The notes beneath the pieces were generated by a model. It was not told the DNA's origin and ran no database searches. It saw only the letters and a list, made by a program, of their open reading frames with translations. From NCBI RefSeq assembly GCF_003704095.1, contig NW_020846801.1, forward strand, positions 248,001 to 312,000: a stretch of DNA of 64,000 nucleotides, given 5' to 3'. Position numbers and translations under genes: made by a program. Below are positions 50,725 to 64,000 of this stretch, in pieces (positions within the stretch are counted from its first letter, which is position 1; every line of letters begins with the position of its first letter). This DNA is from Pocillopora damicornis. Lineage: Eukaryota.

Positions 50725-53700
50725 ATGCCGAAGCGGAAAGAAGCAAGCGAAGAGGATACAAAAGGTTGGTAGAGGTCTCTATTCTACACTAGTTTGAACT
50801 GTAATGAACTACAAATACTAGATTTTATATCATCGAGTTCTCTTATGCTGTGTTTGAGAGCCCCTCGTAACCATATCATCTGGCGGAGACGACTCAGGTT
50901 TTAGTTGATATGTTTTGGAACAGTTGCGTCCTTTAATGCTTGTGTTTTATTCAAGTATAAAACTCTCTCGGTGGGCATCAAGACTCAATTTATGGCCATC
51001 TAGTAATCTAGCATTCATGTCAAGGAATAAGTGATTTCATAAAGGAGAGGTTAGCTTTTGATCAGAAGACACACGGAGCATGTTTGTTTTGTTGGTTTTG
51101 TTTATCATGTTGATAAATAGAATTAATTTCTTGTGGCATTTTATGCTCAATCAAAAATCACAGCGATAAAATTAAAGGATTTCTTACTGTATAAAGTGCA
51201 GTAAACACTCAAAATGACAAATATATAAACAAACTGAAGAATCAAACAGGTTGCAAAATTAACCCTCTACACCCCAAAGATCAGTATCCACATTCTCCAT
51301 ACTGTTCTCTATCCATTTCCTTTGATACTGTCAAGGAGAATTGGTTTATCAATCCAAGCTTTAGATGCTGGCCACTCAAAGGGTTGAAAGGGAGTTGTGG
51401 ATGAAACTTATTACTGGAGGAACCAGGGGTGTATGAAAAAGAAAGACAGTAGAGTGTTCTTTGATGAAGATTTTTAGAACCAAACACAGATGTAAATGAG
51501 AGAGCTATTTAACTGGAAGTGGTCCCTTTTTTTGCATTAGAATCATCATCCACTTCTCCTAAAAAGAAACACAAGCACAAACACAAGAAGCACAAGAAGA
51601 AGAAGGATCATGGACCAGAGGGACTTGAAGAACCTCGCAAAAAGGAAAAGAACAAAGATAAGAGTAAATCACGAGAGAAAGACAAGGACAGGGATAGCAA
51701 TAAAGATGAGGGAAAAGCCGTGACTCTTAAGATAAAACTTGGGGGTGAAACATTAGCAACAACACAGTGAGTAGATTGAAATGACACCCTAGGTTTTTAG
51801 TGCATCAGTCTTACATGTAGCAATATAAATTAACCCCATCACACCACACTCACATGACACAACAAACAAAATAGTGAATCCATTTGGGCATCTTTAATGA
51901 GGAAACTGAGAGTCTTTGAGAGCTCAAGGAAAGTCTTTGGAATGGGAGGGAGGGAAATGGCATGAACAAATGGAAATGATCAAATGTCAAGCAAATGTCA
52001 GTCAACAGAAAGGAATCAATTAGGGGAACATTAGTTGATGGAACACCAAAAGCTAATATCATAGAATTGTACGGCAGACAGCAAGGAGAATTACAAATGA
52101 GATCTTGTGAGTGAAAGGAGTAAACTGGTGTAATTAAGATGAACCAGCCCATCTTATGGAAATATGTAATGGTAGATTAGAGTTTTTTCAAATATTTCAA
52201 ATATTCAATAACCCATCAAACTGGCTGGTGTTCTAGTATTCAAAACAAAGTGTAATAACTGAACATTTTGCTGGCTTGTGTTTTTAGAATGGCAAAAATA
52301 GTTCCTGTGAAACCGCCAGAGGCTGTAATAACCAGTGGAGAGGAGGAAGACGAAGATAGTTATCAGCCATCTTGGCAAGGTTTGCTGAATAGACAAGTAT
52401 TCACTATATAAGCATCATTAACCCTTTAACTACCATGAGTGACCAAGACAGAATTTCTCTCTATAATATCATCACAATATCAGGCAGACAAGTGATAAGA
52501 ATAAAGAAAAATATCAACTGGGTATTATTAGCTAATGTAATACCAACTTCTCCAAAGTAACATCTTATGAATTGTATAGCAGACAATAAAGAGAATTTCT
52601 TATGAGATCCTGGGAGTGAAGGTGGTAAAAATATTTTCCATGTTGTTAAGTGTACTCTTCATACCTCCTATCCATGGTTCATAGGCTATTGACCCTTTAA
52701 CTTCTGAGATCTAATTGTTAATTCTCCCCTCTAGCTAGTTTGCTGAAGAATGTATGGATATTGTAGAGAGAAGTTTTATGTTAATCACTTCTGGGAGTTT
52801 AAGGGTTAATAATAAAATCAAACTGTTCCCCTAAACACGGCGTGATTCATAGAAATCTTCTGCATCAGTTTTATCAAGTAATGCTTATTTTGTGAAAGAT
52901 TGTTATTCAGTAAATGACACAGGTATACTTGGAAAAAAGAACTGGGAGTGCTCAAAATGGGAGCACTTTGTGGGTAGCTTCACAAGTGAAATTTAGTGTG
53001 TCAGTATTTAGAAATGATAACTTTGAGAGTTAATTAGGTTGTGTGGTGTTGTTTCTAAGGAAGTGAAAAAGACGAGAAAGATGAGCCTGAAGTTGCTGAG
53101 AAACGTGGCGATTCTGATGAGTATGTTTTTTAGTTTTACACTCATAGTTGCAACACAGCTAAAAAGAATATTTTACTTCAGATCTACGGTTGAACAGTTG
53201 AAGTGGGTTTTCTGACCTTATGGGACTGACCTCATAAGTTTATTAAAAGGGACTTTATTGTTTTCCAATCATACCGTTCCTAAGGTATAAACAAGTAGAA
53301 TTCTTTTAACAATCAAGAACTTCTTGATATTGTAAGGGAAAATTAGATGTGGGTCACTCTTTGTGGTCAAAAGGTTGAGACATTTTATCAAATTATCCAG
53401 AATAAGAAAGGTCTTCACTTAAAGTAAGGTTGTTTAAATGAGCTTTGACTGTAGTGATGTTATTTGACAGTCAAGAAGAGCAGAAATGGTTAGATGCATT
53501 AGAGAAAGGTGAACTGGATGACTATGGTCGCGTCAAACAAGACAAGGATGTTAGCATGATGACTGCCAGACAGGTAGGATACCTTTGAACCAAAACTGTT
53601 TGTTTTTTTGTTGTCAAAACTTGTGATAATTTTTATTTTAAAGAAATCTATATTAAATCATACCCTGCTAGTTTGAACACTGAATAACACTGTCCACTGT

Positions 53701-55465
53701 ATAAAACTGGATAGCACAGTATATTTTTGAACAAGTATGTGCTGGAGAGTGATTCGTCCATTGGCCAGCATTAACCCATTACACCTTAACATCAAAATGT
53801 ATATTCTTCATACTGTCCTCTTTATATATTCTAAGGTGCTGACAAGGAGAATTTGTGTAACAAAGAAGTGAAACTTAAGTTGGTGATCATTGTCTATATT
53901 GTAGTGACCTTAATGTGTGATTCAGGGGTGATATTGTAAGGAGAAATTAGATGCTAGTCACTCTTACGTGTTAAAGGATTACATGTAACTGCCCCATGAA
54001 CAACTGGGTTCATCATTCAAGTTATGGGCAAAACCATTTACACACTTTTAGCATGGAAAGTAACAAAAGTTAGTGAAATTACTTAATGATAATCACCATC
54101 CTCAGCTTGGCTGTTAAGGTGTAGTAATTACAATTCCTAGTAATGCTAACTTTCATGTCTTTGTCAGAGAGCCATGCTTGGACATGAAATAGAGGGAGAA
54201 AATCAACTTTTGGAGCTTCCAACAGGTAAGATGTTTGTGAAATAAACCAAAATTGTCAGAACTGACTCAAGGCTAAGGCAACTTGTGGCATTGATATTAA
54301 CCTGCAAAGTTAGGGGAAGGATGAAACTATACAAGAAGATGATTTCTGTTGGATAAACTTCTTTTCAAGTTAATTTTCATTCACTCCTTAATGTCCTTGT
54401 AAAGCTTTCTAGAGATTTATGTCTGGAAAAAATGCAGAGATTCCACCTAGAGGTTATAATGGAAGCTGATTTTCAGTGGTCTACTGCAGCCTATAAGGCT
54501 TTGTGAGGTCTCTTACCATTCCCATGTAGAATTTTTGTTTGTAAGATTTTTGTGAGCTTTTTGATGGACACAGCTGCATGTTTGCTATAAGCAATCACTC
54601 AGTGACTTCGTGTTCATTATGTCATTGTTCTTACATCTATGTCACTAATGAAAGGCAACGCACAATTTCAGAACCAAGACGGAAGAATGAAGACACTGAA
54701 GAAGCTCAGAGAAGACGGAAACAAAGAGCTAAGAAGAGAAAACAGCAAATGCAGAAAAAAATTGAAGAAAATAAGGTACCTCAATGGTGTATGAAATCAA
54801 TAATAACTTAAAAAGCTATGTTTAGAGCCAAGGTGTTGTTAACAGACATGTCTGTGTGCACACATTTCAGAGGTACCCCTGCTATCAATTACAATACTAC
54901 TATACTTAAAATGAACTAAGTTTTTGTGGCAGAGGAGATGCTGATTAGTATAACTCACAATCAATAATTTCACTTTTCCCAGACACAAACTGTGAAGAAA
55001 CTGTTGGATAGAGAAGCTACAAGATCACGCAAAGAGGAGGAGAAGGTAAAGTTCATGAAAAACTCACATGCTTTACAGAAGCCAAATTTCATCCCAATTT
55101 TTATGCCAGCTGACCATTACCATACACTAGGTAGATGGGTGAAGTGTACAGTTACAGACAACTTGCTATCCTTGCCCAAGTTGATTGAAGTAACTCCCTG
55201 GTCAATCTAGGACTGCTGTGAATTTTTTTCACCAAACCCAGCCTAGAGTGCTTGAGATTAATTATTTTGAGAGGTGTTTGGCACTGAACTTTCCTAGTAG
55301 GAAATGGTCTGATATTCTGTTTTTTAGCAGGCACGAAAAAAGAAGCAGGAGGTTCCTCACATCAGATATGTCAGTAATTACCAGGGATTTGCTATGTCTT
55401 TTTCAACTGGCTTGGAGTTTCCATTACAAATGCAGTCATCTCAGGGGTAGGTTTTAAAAGGTGGA

Positions 55466-55497
<32 letters not shown>

Positions 55498-55761
55498 CAA
55501 TAAATAATAATGACCAATTTAATATCTTGGAGTATAACATACCAATGGGAACTTTTCATTTGTTATTTGTGTGCTCTGTGGTCAACTAAATTTTTTTGGG
55601 ATATATTTTTCAGGCCTCCAAAACCAAGATCAGCATGCTCAGCTCAGGGATGTACAAACCTGAAGAAATATTCATGTTCTAGTAATAATCTGCCAGTTTG
55701 CAGCATGGCATGTTACAAGAAGGTTCAACTGATTCCTCGGCAAACTGCAACTGCAGTCTAA
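50725..55761 (+). CDS. INO80B: INO80 complex subunit B (PAPA-1 domain + HIT zinc finger), ~336 aa
   Basis: Exons 50725-50764, 51541-51766, 52288-52379, 53060-53120, 53471-53573, 54168-54225, 54672-54775, 54983-55045, 55331-55446, 55614-55761 (1011 nt). Motifs KKKHKHKHKKHKKK, LKIKLGG, WLDALEKGELDD...MTARQRAM and C-terminal CSAQGCxNLKKYSCS...CSMACYK. Confidence 0.9.
52418..52628. mobile_element. TTAA-type MITE
   Basis: ttaaccctttaactacc...gggagtgaaggtggtaa; reverse-orientation relative of 55860-56071. Confidence 0.65.
52689..52809. mobile_element. Internally deleted copy of the 44434 MITE (reverse orientation)
   Basis: Both ends match the reverse complement of 44434-44645, with the middle missing. 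Confidence 0.65.
53771..53982. mobile_element. TTAA-type MITE (reverse orientation)
   Basis: Reverse-complement similarity to 60524-60736 (tgtgattcaggggtgatattgtaaggagaaatta). Confidence 0.6.
55466..55511. repeat. (AAT)n microsatellite
   Basis: aataataat... run in an INO80B intron. Confidence 0.85.
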
Positions 55762-55859
55762 CCAAGCAACAAGATGTAATAGAGGGCTTTTACAATTGAG
55801 CATTATAAAACCAAAGCCAAAGTAATCACAACGGCGAATCAAAAGAAAGGAAAAAACTT

Positions 55860-56071
55860 TTAACCTTTTCACTCCCAAGATCTAATTAGTAACTCTCCTT
55901 ACTATCTGCTGTACAATTCTTATGATGTTAGTTCAGAGAATTTGATATTGGATCAACTAATAATCCCATGATTGATATTCTTCTCTATTCTCATCACCTG
56001 CCTGCTTGATATTGTATTGATATTGTAAGGAGAAATTCTGTCTTGGTCACTTGTGGGAGTGAAATGGTTAA
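55860..56071. mobile_element. TTAA-bounded MITE in the INO80B 3' region
   Basis: ttaaccttttcactccca ... tgggagtgaaatggttaa. Confidence 0.75.
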
Positions 56072-56318
56072 GAGCCCATAGGAACATTTATGTTAAAACA
56101 AGAAAACTTTGAAAAGGGTGGGAAAATGCATGTGCCCCAATAAGGGTTGGTTTTAGTTTTGCATCTGATTGGTTATGAGATTAGTGGAAGTTTTCTGAAT
56201 CAGTCACAAAGGGAAGTAAGGTAAAAACAAAGCAATCCAATTTTGACACTATTGAAAATTGCTCTACCAGCAATTCTTATATTACAGATTCCTTGCAATG
56301 AATCCAAGCTGATACTAT

Positions 56319-56455
56319 GGATCAATATCAGTATCTGGGCAACTGCCCACCTACCCCTCCCCAAACCCAGTATTAACCCTAAGTTGTTATCAATAGACTG
56401 TTGTTGGGTTAGGGGAGGGGTAGATGGGCAGTTGCCCAGATACTGATATTGATCT
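56319..56455. mobile_element. 137-bp hairpin MITE with perfect 8-bp TSD (gatactat), copy 2
   Basis: Near-identical to 47682-47818; flanked by gatactat at 56311-56318 and 56456-56463. Confidence 0.85.
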
Positions 56456-57096
56456 GATACTATTTTGTGCCAGTTTAATTCTTTTGAACAGGTTCAGATT
56501 GTACCTTGGTTACAACACTCAATAAAGCACATTTAGGATTAAATATTTTATTGTACTGTTACAAATTCCTGAGGTTCTACTGGTCTCTCCTACATACTCT
56601 GCTATTTATTCCTAATAATAGATTAGTGGCCACCTGATAAAAAACATAAAACCTAATGACAAGAATGACCTTTCTTGTACTAGTTTGGTGTAAGTAATTC
56701 TACAGGCAGATATTCCATACCTTAACACCTGCACCTTTTTTAACATCATATTTAGTTTTAAATCCAACTTACATGCACAATAATAAGTTGAGTTTGTGAA
56801 CTAACATTAATGGACAAGCATTCTACTGTCAGTAGCTTACACACACAAGGACTGCAAACTGTACATAAGATGGTGCAATTTTCTGGAACAAAATTCATAT
56901 TTACAGCAGACAACACTAGGTTATTATTCTCTTATCTACCTAAACAGGGACATTTCATGCAAGTATATATACAGATGTAGACCTTACTGGGAACTCGTGA
57001 GAGTTTTTTTCCTAGAATAATTCTTGAAGATAAAATAATGTTTTGTTGTACAGTACAACATGTTGTGTACATATGGTTCCAACACTTTGTTTCGTT

Positions 57097-57989
57097 TCAA
57101 AGATTGGCATCAAACCATACACTGAAAGAAAGTAAAGATATATTTGGTTAACTAGCGTTGACAGATACCTCAGAGCCCACATGTAGCACCGCTAAGTATA
57201 AAGGTTACACTGTCTAGAGCAGAACAAGCAAAATGTATTTACCACTCTGTGAATGCTATGTCATTGGGATGTCTTAGAATTATTTCCTTGACTTCCTCAG
57301 GAGGAAAAAGTCCATATTCTTTGGCTCGTTCCCATCTTTGTAGTCTGGTTATTCCTAAAAGTAAACAGGAAAGCCCGTACGCGAAGATAAGCTACAAATA
57401 ACATTAAATCACGAGTGATTTCAGCCAATACAGACACAACAAATGTTCTATCAGTATGAAAATCGGTTGTCTTAATCGTTAGGCTGAGTGAACTTTGTGT
57501 CACCTCACTTTCCGCGGGAAACATTGAAATTCAGGGGTAAAAAAGAAAGACAACTGCTCAGAAACAGATTAGACACGAAGCTCAATTGAGAAGAGGCAAT
57601 ATGTCAGCCAAAATCAAACTAAAAAAAAATGGCCAGTCCGATAAATTAAAATAACCAGCCCCGCTGAGAAGTGATTTAAATTTTTGAAGATAACACAAAA
57701 ATTTCAACATACCAATACATGGCCCAAATTCGGAATCTAAGTCAAACTCTTTCAGCATCAAAAGCTCTTTCGCGAGGTCTGAAGTTACATCTTTGGCAAC
57801 TACAGTTTCAGCATCTACAAGAAACAGAAGTCAAGACCTTATCTCAAAATAAACAGGAAATAAAGAGAGCAAGAAGAGAGACTAACCTTTCTGGATTGGA
57901 TCCGAAAGCTTCGTTTGCGGCTGTTTTTTGTTTACCGGCCTTTCCTTTTTGGTTATAGGAAATACATCTGTGATCAGTTTAGACGCCAT
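57097..57989 (-). CDS. POLD4: DNA polymerase delta subunit 4 (p12), 113 aa
   Basis: Minus-strand exons 57989-57887, 57814-57713, 57354-57243, 57121-57097 give MASKLITDVFPITKK...LKEFDLDSEFGPCIGITRLQRWERAKEYGLFPPEEVKEIILRHP...ECVWFDANL*, matching p12 hallmarks (ITD PIP degron; FDL-x3-GPC-x-GITRLQRW-x-RA). Confidence 0.92.
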
Positions 57990-59655
57990 GTTGTCGTTAT
58001 TTCGTTTTAAGCAAAAACAGCTGGAAGAGGACCGAGTATCAGAACGAGCGCTCTGATTGGTCAAACTGGCACACAAACGCGCGCAACTAAGCGACGGGAA
58101 ATAAGGAACATGGACAGCGTGACGCGAGACCAAGGATCTCGGATTTCCGTGTTTAACCCAAGCTCAGTGCAAACTTTGACCAATTTAGAAGTTATGAGAG
58201 GCTTTTAGCAAAATGAATAAGAGATTGAAGTATTGAAGACACGGCAAAGTTAATAGTAGCATACTTTCCGATTGAGAAGCAGCTGAGTATAATTTACTCG
58301 CACTCGTGGAAAGATCGCATTCGAGGTAGATGATGTTCTTGAGCTGAACTGTCGCAGACGAGAGAGATAACTGAGAATAAATACTATTTATAGGTGCTAT
58401 AGTTATTTTAACAGAAAACGCCAGACAATTTCCGCCTAAACACCGCTGCTATAATGCAAATTATAGCTCCAGATAAGTGCGATTCATGCACACGCTTTTC
58501 ACGAATGGAACAAATGCCCAGTGTAATTTGCCGCAATATTTCGCTGCCTGAGGTTTAAAAGTGAGCCTTCCCCCAGGCAACAATGCTTTAAATCTTAACT
58601 GTGAATTATCCTACAATTTTTTTTTCTGGCGTAGACTTTTCGCGGGAAACTTTGAAAGTGCTAGTGTACAAATTTAAAGAATTTGACCTTCTGCTCCCAA
58701 ACCAATCAGATGCGAATACTTAGAGGTCGGACTATTATTTTTTTGAAGGGGGGTATAAAAAATATTGAAAAAAAATTGTCTGCAAGGTCTAAAAAGACAA
58801 AATAAATTGTTTGCAAACGTGATAGGGTAAAAATGCAAATCTTGTCACTGATCACTGATGCAAACACTAAGTAATAATCACAGCAAAGACTTCATCAACT
58901 CTTCAAAGCTGGAGAAAATTTTCTCCTCAGCCTTTACTGTGTTAATTAAAAAATTTTCTTCGTAGGCTCAGCTGCAAACTTTTAATAAGTAAGCGCATTT
59001 TAATTTAATTCTTGTGTAAGTTTTAAATCTACAGCATTAAAAGTAGAGATTAACTTGTATGTAATTGACGATATGTCAGGAAACAAGTCCACTTGAACAC
59101 AGAAAAATATATAATTGCTGTTATTGTTCTTGGGATATCTTTGCAAATAATTTGCAATACATGAGGACTTGATATATTGATTCTAAGCAAGGCTTCAAAT
59201 GGCACTCATAATGATACACAAATCTTTGATGGAATTTTACTATGACTTACACTCAAAGTTCAAAATTTCATACAAGACAGTGGTAATAAATATTTTTTAT
59301 TCTTTCCTTTTGTTTTCTTGCAGTAAAGTCTGAGCTTAATTATTGTTATGATAGCAAAATAGATGAATTCAGATTACAAATGAGTTACATCATTGTATCA
59401 GTTTATCTTAACGGCATATGTTTAGTATCTCTGACATTTCTGAATTGAGACACATTTTTGAGTTGTTATGGATAGTTAATAAATAAAGAAATATTTACAC
59501 AAATCAAGTTTTTTAACATTTAAAAATGTTCCAATGCCAATGTCAAATCAGCCTGAAATTCAAAGGTACACAATAATTATTTGCTGACATTTAATTTGCT
59601 TGAAAAAGCTTTCTTCTTTGACAAAACACCTGACATAACACAGATTTTCAAAGAG

Positions 59656-61855
59656 TTACTTAAAAAGTGCCTTCAGTTTCTCTTTATCGTCTGCATTATG
59701 TTCTTTAATAAGTTTTTCAAGTTCATCAAGTTCTTTCTTCACTGTTTTTGTCAGAGATGGGTCAAGAGCAGCTGCCCTGTTGAAATCTTCCTTGGCTTCC
59801 TGAGGATTCCAGCATTTTACATGAGCTTTAGCGCGTCGATATAAAGCCTTAACATTGTCTTTATCCTTATCAAGTACTGTGGATGTGTGCTCAATAACTT
59901 CATAGTAATCCCCAAGAAAGAGCTTGCACTGTGCATAATTTAACAAGAAAGGGATCTTCATTCTGTCAAGCTCGAGCCAAGGTTCATCACCTGGTTTTTC
60001 ACGCAGGCAGAGCTGCTCTAGACATCCCAGAGCCTCTGCATACTTTTCTGCTGCTTCTTTGTACTTTTTCTGTTGATATAATTTGTTTCCAATTTCCTTT
60101 AACCCTGGTACATTGGACAATTTTTCTTCAGCATCCATCTGCCATGTTTCTTTTCGGTATTCACCAGGTTTCTCATATTTCAAAAGTTCAATTTCAAAGA
60201 TAAGATCTTGTTCATTGACCATCAAGTCATCCAAGTCAGGATATCCAGTTGATTTCATGGCAGATAAACTACAAGAATGTTCATGATGATCATGTTTCTC
60301 TTTTATCTCTCCTTTTGCCTTCATTGCAAGTGTGCGCAGACTCTTGGCAACTATAGGATAGCCCCCTACAAGCTAGCAACAGAAAAGTCAATGAACACTT
60401 GCACTCTAACAGCAGTAAGCATACTTGCCATACTTTTTGCTGTACATTTCCAAAATGCTAACAACTTTGTTCAAAAATCAAGAGCTTCTCTCATTGATGA
60501 TGAATTCCTTTATTTCTGTGACCTTAACCCTTTGACCCCTGAGAGTGATCAGCATATAATTTCTCCTTACAATATCACCCCTGAATCACACATTAGGGTC
60601 ACAGGAATAAAAGAAATAATCACCAACTAAGGAGGCTCTTTATTTTTTAGACAAATTCTCCTTATAAGCACCTTGGAAAACATATGGAGAACAGTATGGA
60701 GAATATGCATACTGATGTTAGTGTGTAAAGGGTTAATGCATGATAATGGGGGTATAACATAACATAAGAAGAAATTAGATTCTAATCACTCTTATCAGTC
60801 AGCAGGTTAACTTTAATTTGCTTATCACTGCTCACATGGATGCAACACAATAGCATTCCATCCAATAAGAGTTTTGAAAATCCTAGTCCCAACATAGAGA
60901 TAATAGCTGGATAATTTAGCTCCAGCCATAATATGTGTCAGTCTTATATGCAGGCTTTTTATTGCTGTTCATTCTCAAAAAGTAATTTAATCAAGAAATA
61001 TATTTAGAGTGTTACCTCTTCACATTGGCCTTGTTTTAACAGTGAGTCACATAGCCTACTCTCTTAAGCTAAATTTTAATTAAGTTTAATTCATGTACAT
61101 CAATTGCCAAATTATAGTAACAAAAAAAAAAAACAAAAAAAAAACAGAATCAAGTGTAAGATTGAACGGCAACATAAGCAGAAAATTAATAAAAATCAAA
61201 GTTCTCTCTAGGGTCCTAACAAAGATTAAGTCCCGAATAAAATGCGTTGCGGCTGTTGTATAAGATCCAAAATTAAGGTATTTTGACTAGTTAATGTGAT
61301 CGACTGTACCAAGTTAGCTAAAGGATAGGCTCAACAATGATTGGACTTTTTTTAATATAGAAATCATATCATCACCTAATTGAAAGAACTTTTTCGCCAA
61401 AGTAGAAAAGTTGTGAACCGGTGTGAGCTACCTTAAGTAAACTTAAATCAAGTTTAAAATATCTTACCGATTTCTCACAAATAAAACGAGCGACTTCTTT
61501 TTCCCTCATGGTTTTTATGAGCTCCTCCCAAACTTCCAGCTTGAACTTCTTCCCAATGAGGAGCTCAAAAGGCTGCCCAAGATCTCGACTGCAGTCTATT
61601 TGTGTCTTATCTTCATCGTTTTTGAACGTTTTAAAATGAAAAGTCGCCTGATTTGAATAGATGGAGAAAATCTTGGTAAGTAAATGTCCTTGTAGAAATT
61701 TCTTAGCAATTTTACCCGCTTAAAATTTACAAATAAGAAAGACAACTTGATTTTTCGCTAAAAATTACCTTTGATCCATTTTCAAACGATGGTATTTCAC
61801 CTTCTCCTGCGTAAAGAACGTTCTTGGAGATCAGAGGCTTCTCATCGTTCGCCAT
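59656..61855 (-). CDS. AIP: AH receptor-interacting protein (FKBP-like + TPR), 327 aa
   Basis: Exons 61855-61769, 61647-61468, 60372-59656; motifs ATFHF...PFELLIGKKFKLEVWE, YPIVAKSLR, EKPG...W, LLNYAQCKL, NVKALYRRAKAH...WNPQEA. Confidence 0.92.
60524..60736. mobile_element. TTAA-bounded MITE (AIP intron)
   Basis: ttaaccctttgacccc...gtgtaaagggttaa; same family as the 12688, 44140 and 53771 copies. Confidence 0.75.
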
Positions 61856-64000
61856 TTTGACAGCTGGAAAAATTGGCCGTGAGAGACTGGTGATATATCC
61901 TCGCTAACTAGTAACAGTCTCTCTTCTAATCAGCTTTTAATAGAGGGAACATACTTAGCAGAATATTTCGATACGTTTGGTAGAGAATAACATCACAATT
62001 AGTCATTCAGTGAGATAATTAGAAGCTGGCTCTAAATATTCGCAAGGAAATCCATTTAGTTGATGAAATTGTCGGAAAAAACCTGTCTTGGTGGAAGTCT
62101 GGAAATATCCGATCGGCATTGGGTTAAGGCACCGTCAAAACATTTTTCTGACCTCAAGAGCTTTAATGCATTCCAAGTTAATATATTTGACTGATACCTA
62201 TTTTATTCGTGTATCGTTTAAGGATCACTCTGTCTACTTAGTATAATTAGAAGCAGTAATGTATTTCCTTTGCCGCAAATTCAGCGTATAGTTCTAATAC
62301 ATAAAAACTGGGGAGTCGCCGTTAACAAAAAATACCTTACTCAACTTATTTGCATTTTTCATCTAAAAATATCTTCCGTTGAGTAAATTTAAATGGAATT
62401 GAAATTTTGAAGGACCGAGTAAATCAAGAAGATTGCTACGCTTCTCACTTCATGAATTAAAACCAACAAACACTCCATAATGTCCTCTGGAAAAAAATTA
62501 AAGATACAATTTAAAATCATACATCACTCTCAGTTCAGTTTCTTCCTGAATTCGTGTCTTTCATGCAGAAGTTCTTGATAGAAAATTCTTGATAAAAATT
62601 ATTATTAAAAAAATTCCTCGCCAACAAGAAAATGACGAGAAAATGAATAACTAACGACAATGGAAAACAAGATTTCACACCTTGAGAGCATGAAAGTAGA
62701 ATACGATAATTCATTTATCTTTTGAATTAACAAAAGACGAGTAACCTTTACAGTCTTGTTGAAAGAACTCAAGAGTGCAATTTTATTACCGGATCACCAA
62801 GACAAAATATGAAAATGTATACAAGAGTTCTCTTGAGACATATGCATACTTTGATATGGAAAAAAAAACATTTTTATTTCAAGACTTAAAAACGTTCAGA
62901 ATCTGAGAAAATTCAATTACGACATGTATTTTCTATTTCCTTTTTATACAAAGATCCATTCACATGCAATATCGGTAGAGAATGCTTTTAGATGAGCATA
63001 AGCAATAAGATTTAGCAAAAACATCGTTTAAAACTCACAGACTACTGAAAATCGTTAGTTGTTGTTCCCATCCATGTCTCTCTGCAGGAGATATTGAATA
63101 CAATAATGAAACGAAAATTACTACGCTTTTTATACATTGTGCTGTTATTGTCTACATCTTTTTCAGAAACATATAATACTTTTACTCGTCGGTACTAATT
63201 CTCGATGCACACATTTAAATCAGTGTGCAATTTTCAGTTCGTCGCTTCTATCTTTTCACAGCTAAGATAAAGTTATAAGAAGAAAGTTCCTTTATGTGCT
63301 TTGAAATTCGGACGCTTTATAAAAAATCTAAGCTTTGTTTTTCTTTAATCAATGATGTTTTTGGGCTGTTTCTTAAAATAAACATCGGTAACTTCCGCTT
63401 GCCTTAAAACTTTTACAGAGAGAAATCTTAAAAGTGAAGAAAGATTTGCATTTTAAGAGGCTTAGCTATAAACCACTTTTGTCATAACCATATGACCGAA
63501 TTATTTCTTCAGCTGATATACACTGTCTTTAAGTCGAGAGCACCTAATTGCTGCGGAGTCCATTCTACTTGCTTTTATCGCAAACCACAGCCACAAAAGA
63601 TTAAATAATTAATCTAATTTGCTTCTCACTCAGCAGGTCGCTTCCCACGCATAAGATTTATCCATAATTAGTTATCTTACTGCGCTGGATAGCTGGTGGC
63701 TGTCGAGCTAAGCACACCTAATACCGCGCGCGCTCTGCACGAACTCTCGAGCCTTTTCCCTATTGGCTACATGCCAGAACATAGAGCTTTCGCTGAACCT
63801 GTCACCAGCAGGTTATTCTAAATTCATAAAATATCCACGCGACGCTATTTATGCTGAACACCGTAGACAGAGCCCTAACTACATTTTCGAGGTTCATTGT
63901 TCTGTGCTGGGCAAAACGTTTTGTCTACGCTCACTTTACCCACATATAAACAACTTTGCTGAGGCTAATGTCTTGAAAAAGTGGTTTCCTAACGTCCAAT

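Noticed and set aside
61900-64000. Possible gene upstream of AIP
   Set aside because: AT-rich, with no ORF or exon chain that I could support.

Overview
Eukaryotic, intron-rich animal genomic DNA with GT-AG introns and Pol III tRNA genes. The domain types and repeat families suggest a cnidarian, probably a scleractinian coral (inference from recall, not a search). Contents: (1) 1..~21 kb, the 5'-truncated 3' part of a giant, extremely Arg/Lys-rich modular extracellular-type protein gene. I can thread about 36 exons and about 2,990 codons: >=6 LamG/ConA-like domains, 2 vWA domains, 7 copies of a small 2-Cys WSC-like domain, Pro-Arg micro-exon linkers, a 345-aa polycationic helical segment, a GKKR site and a neutral terminal LamG. 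Two identical tRNA-Lys(CTT) genes sit in its introns. (2) 23-39 kb, three tandem secreted SUEL/rhamnose-binding-lectin genes, each with two lectin domains but unrelated C-terminal tails. (3) 41-49.5 kb, carboxypeptidase D with four M14 domains (two active-type, two degenerate). (4) After a 10-N gap, the housekeeping genes INO80B (+), POLD4 (-, missed by the ORF track) and AIP (-). Many MITEs, SINE-like relics and microsatellites are present. The best candidate for an undescribed system is the 1-50 kb block (polycationic scaffold + lectin-headed mucin-like proteins + a basic-residue-trimming processing enzyme), possibly for adhesion, mucus or defence. That function is a hypothesis. All exon models were read by eye and need RNA-seq confirmation.
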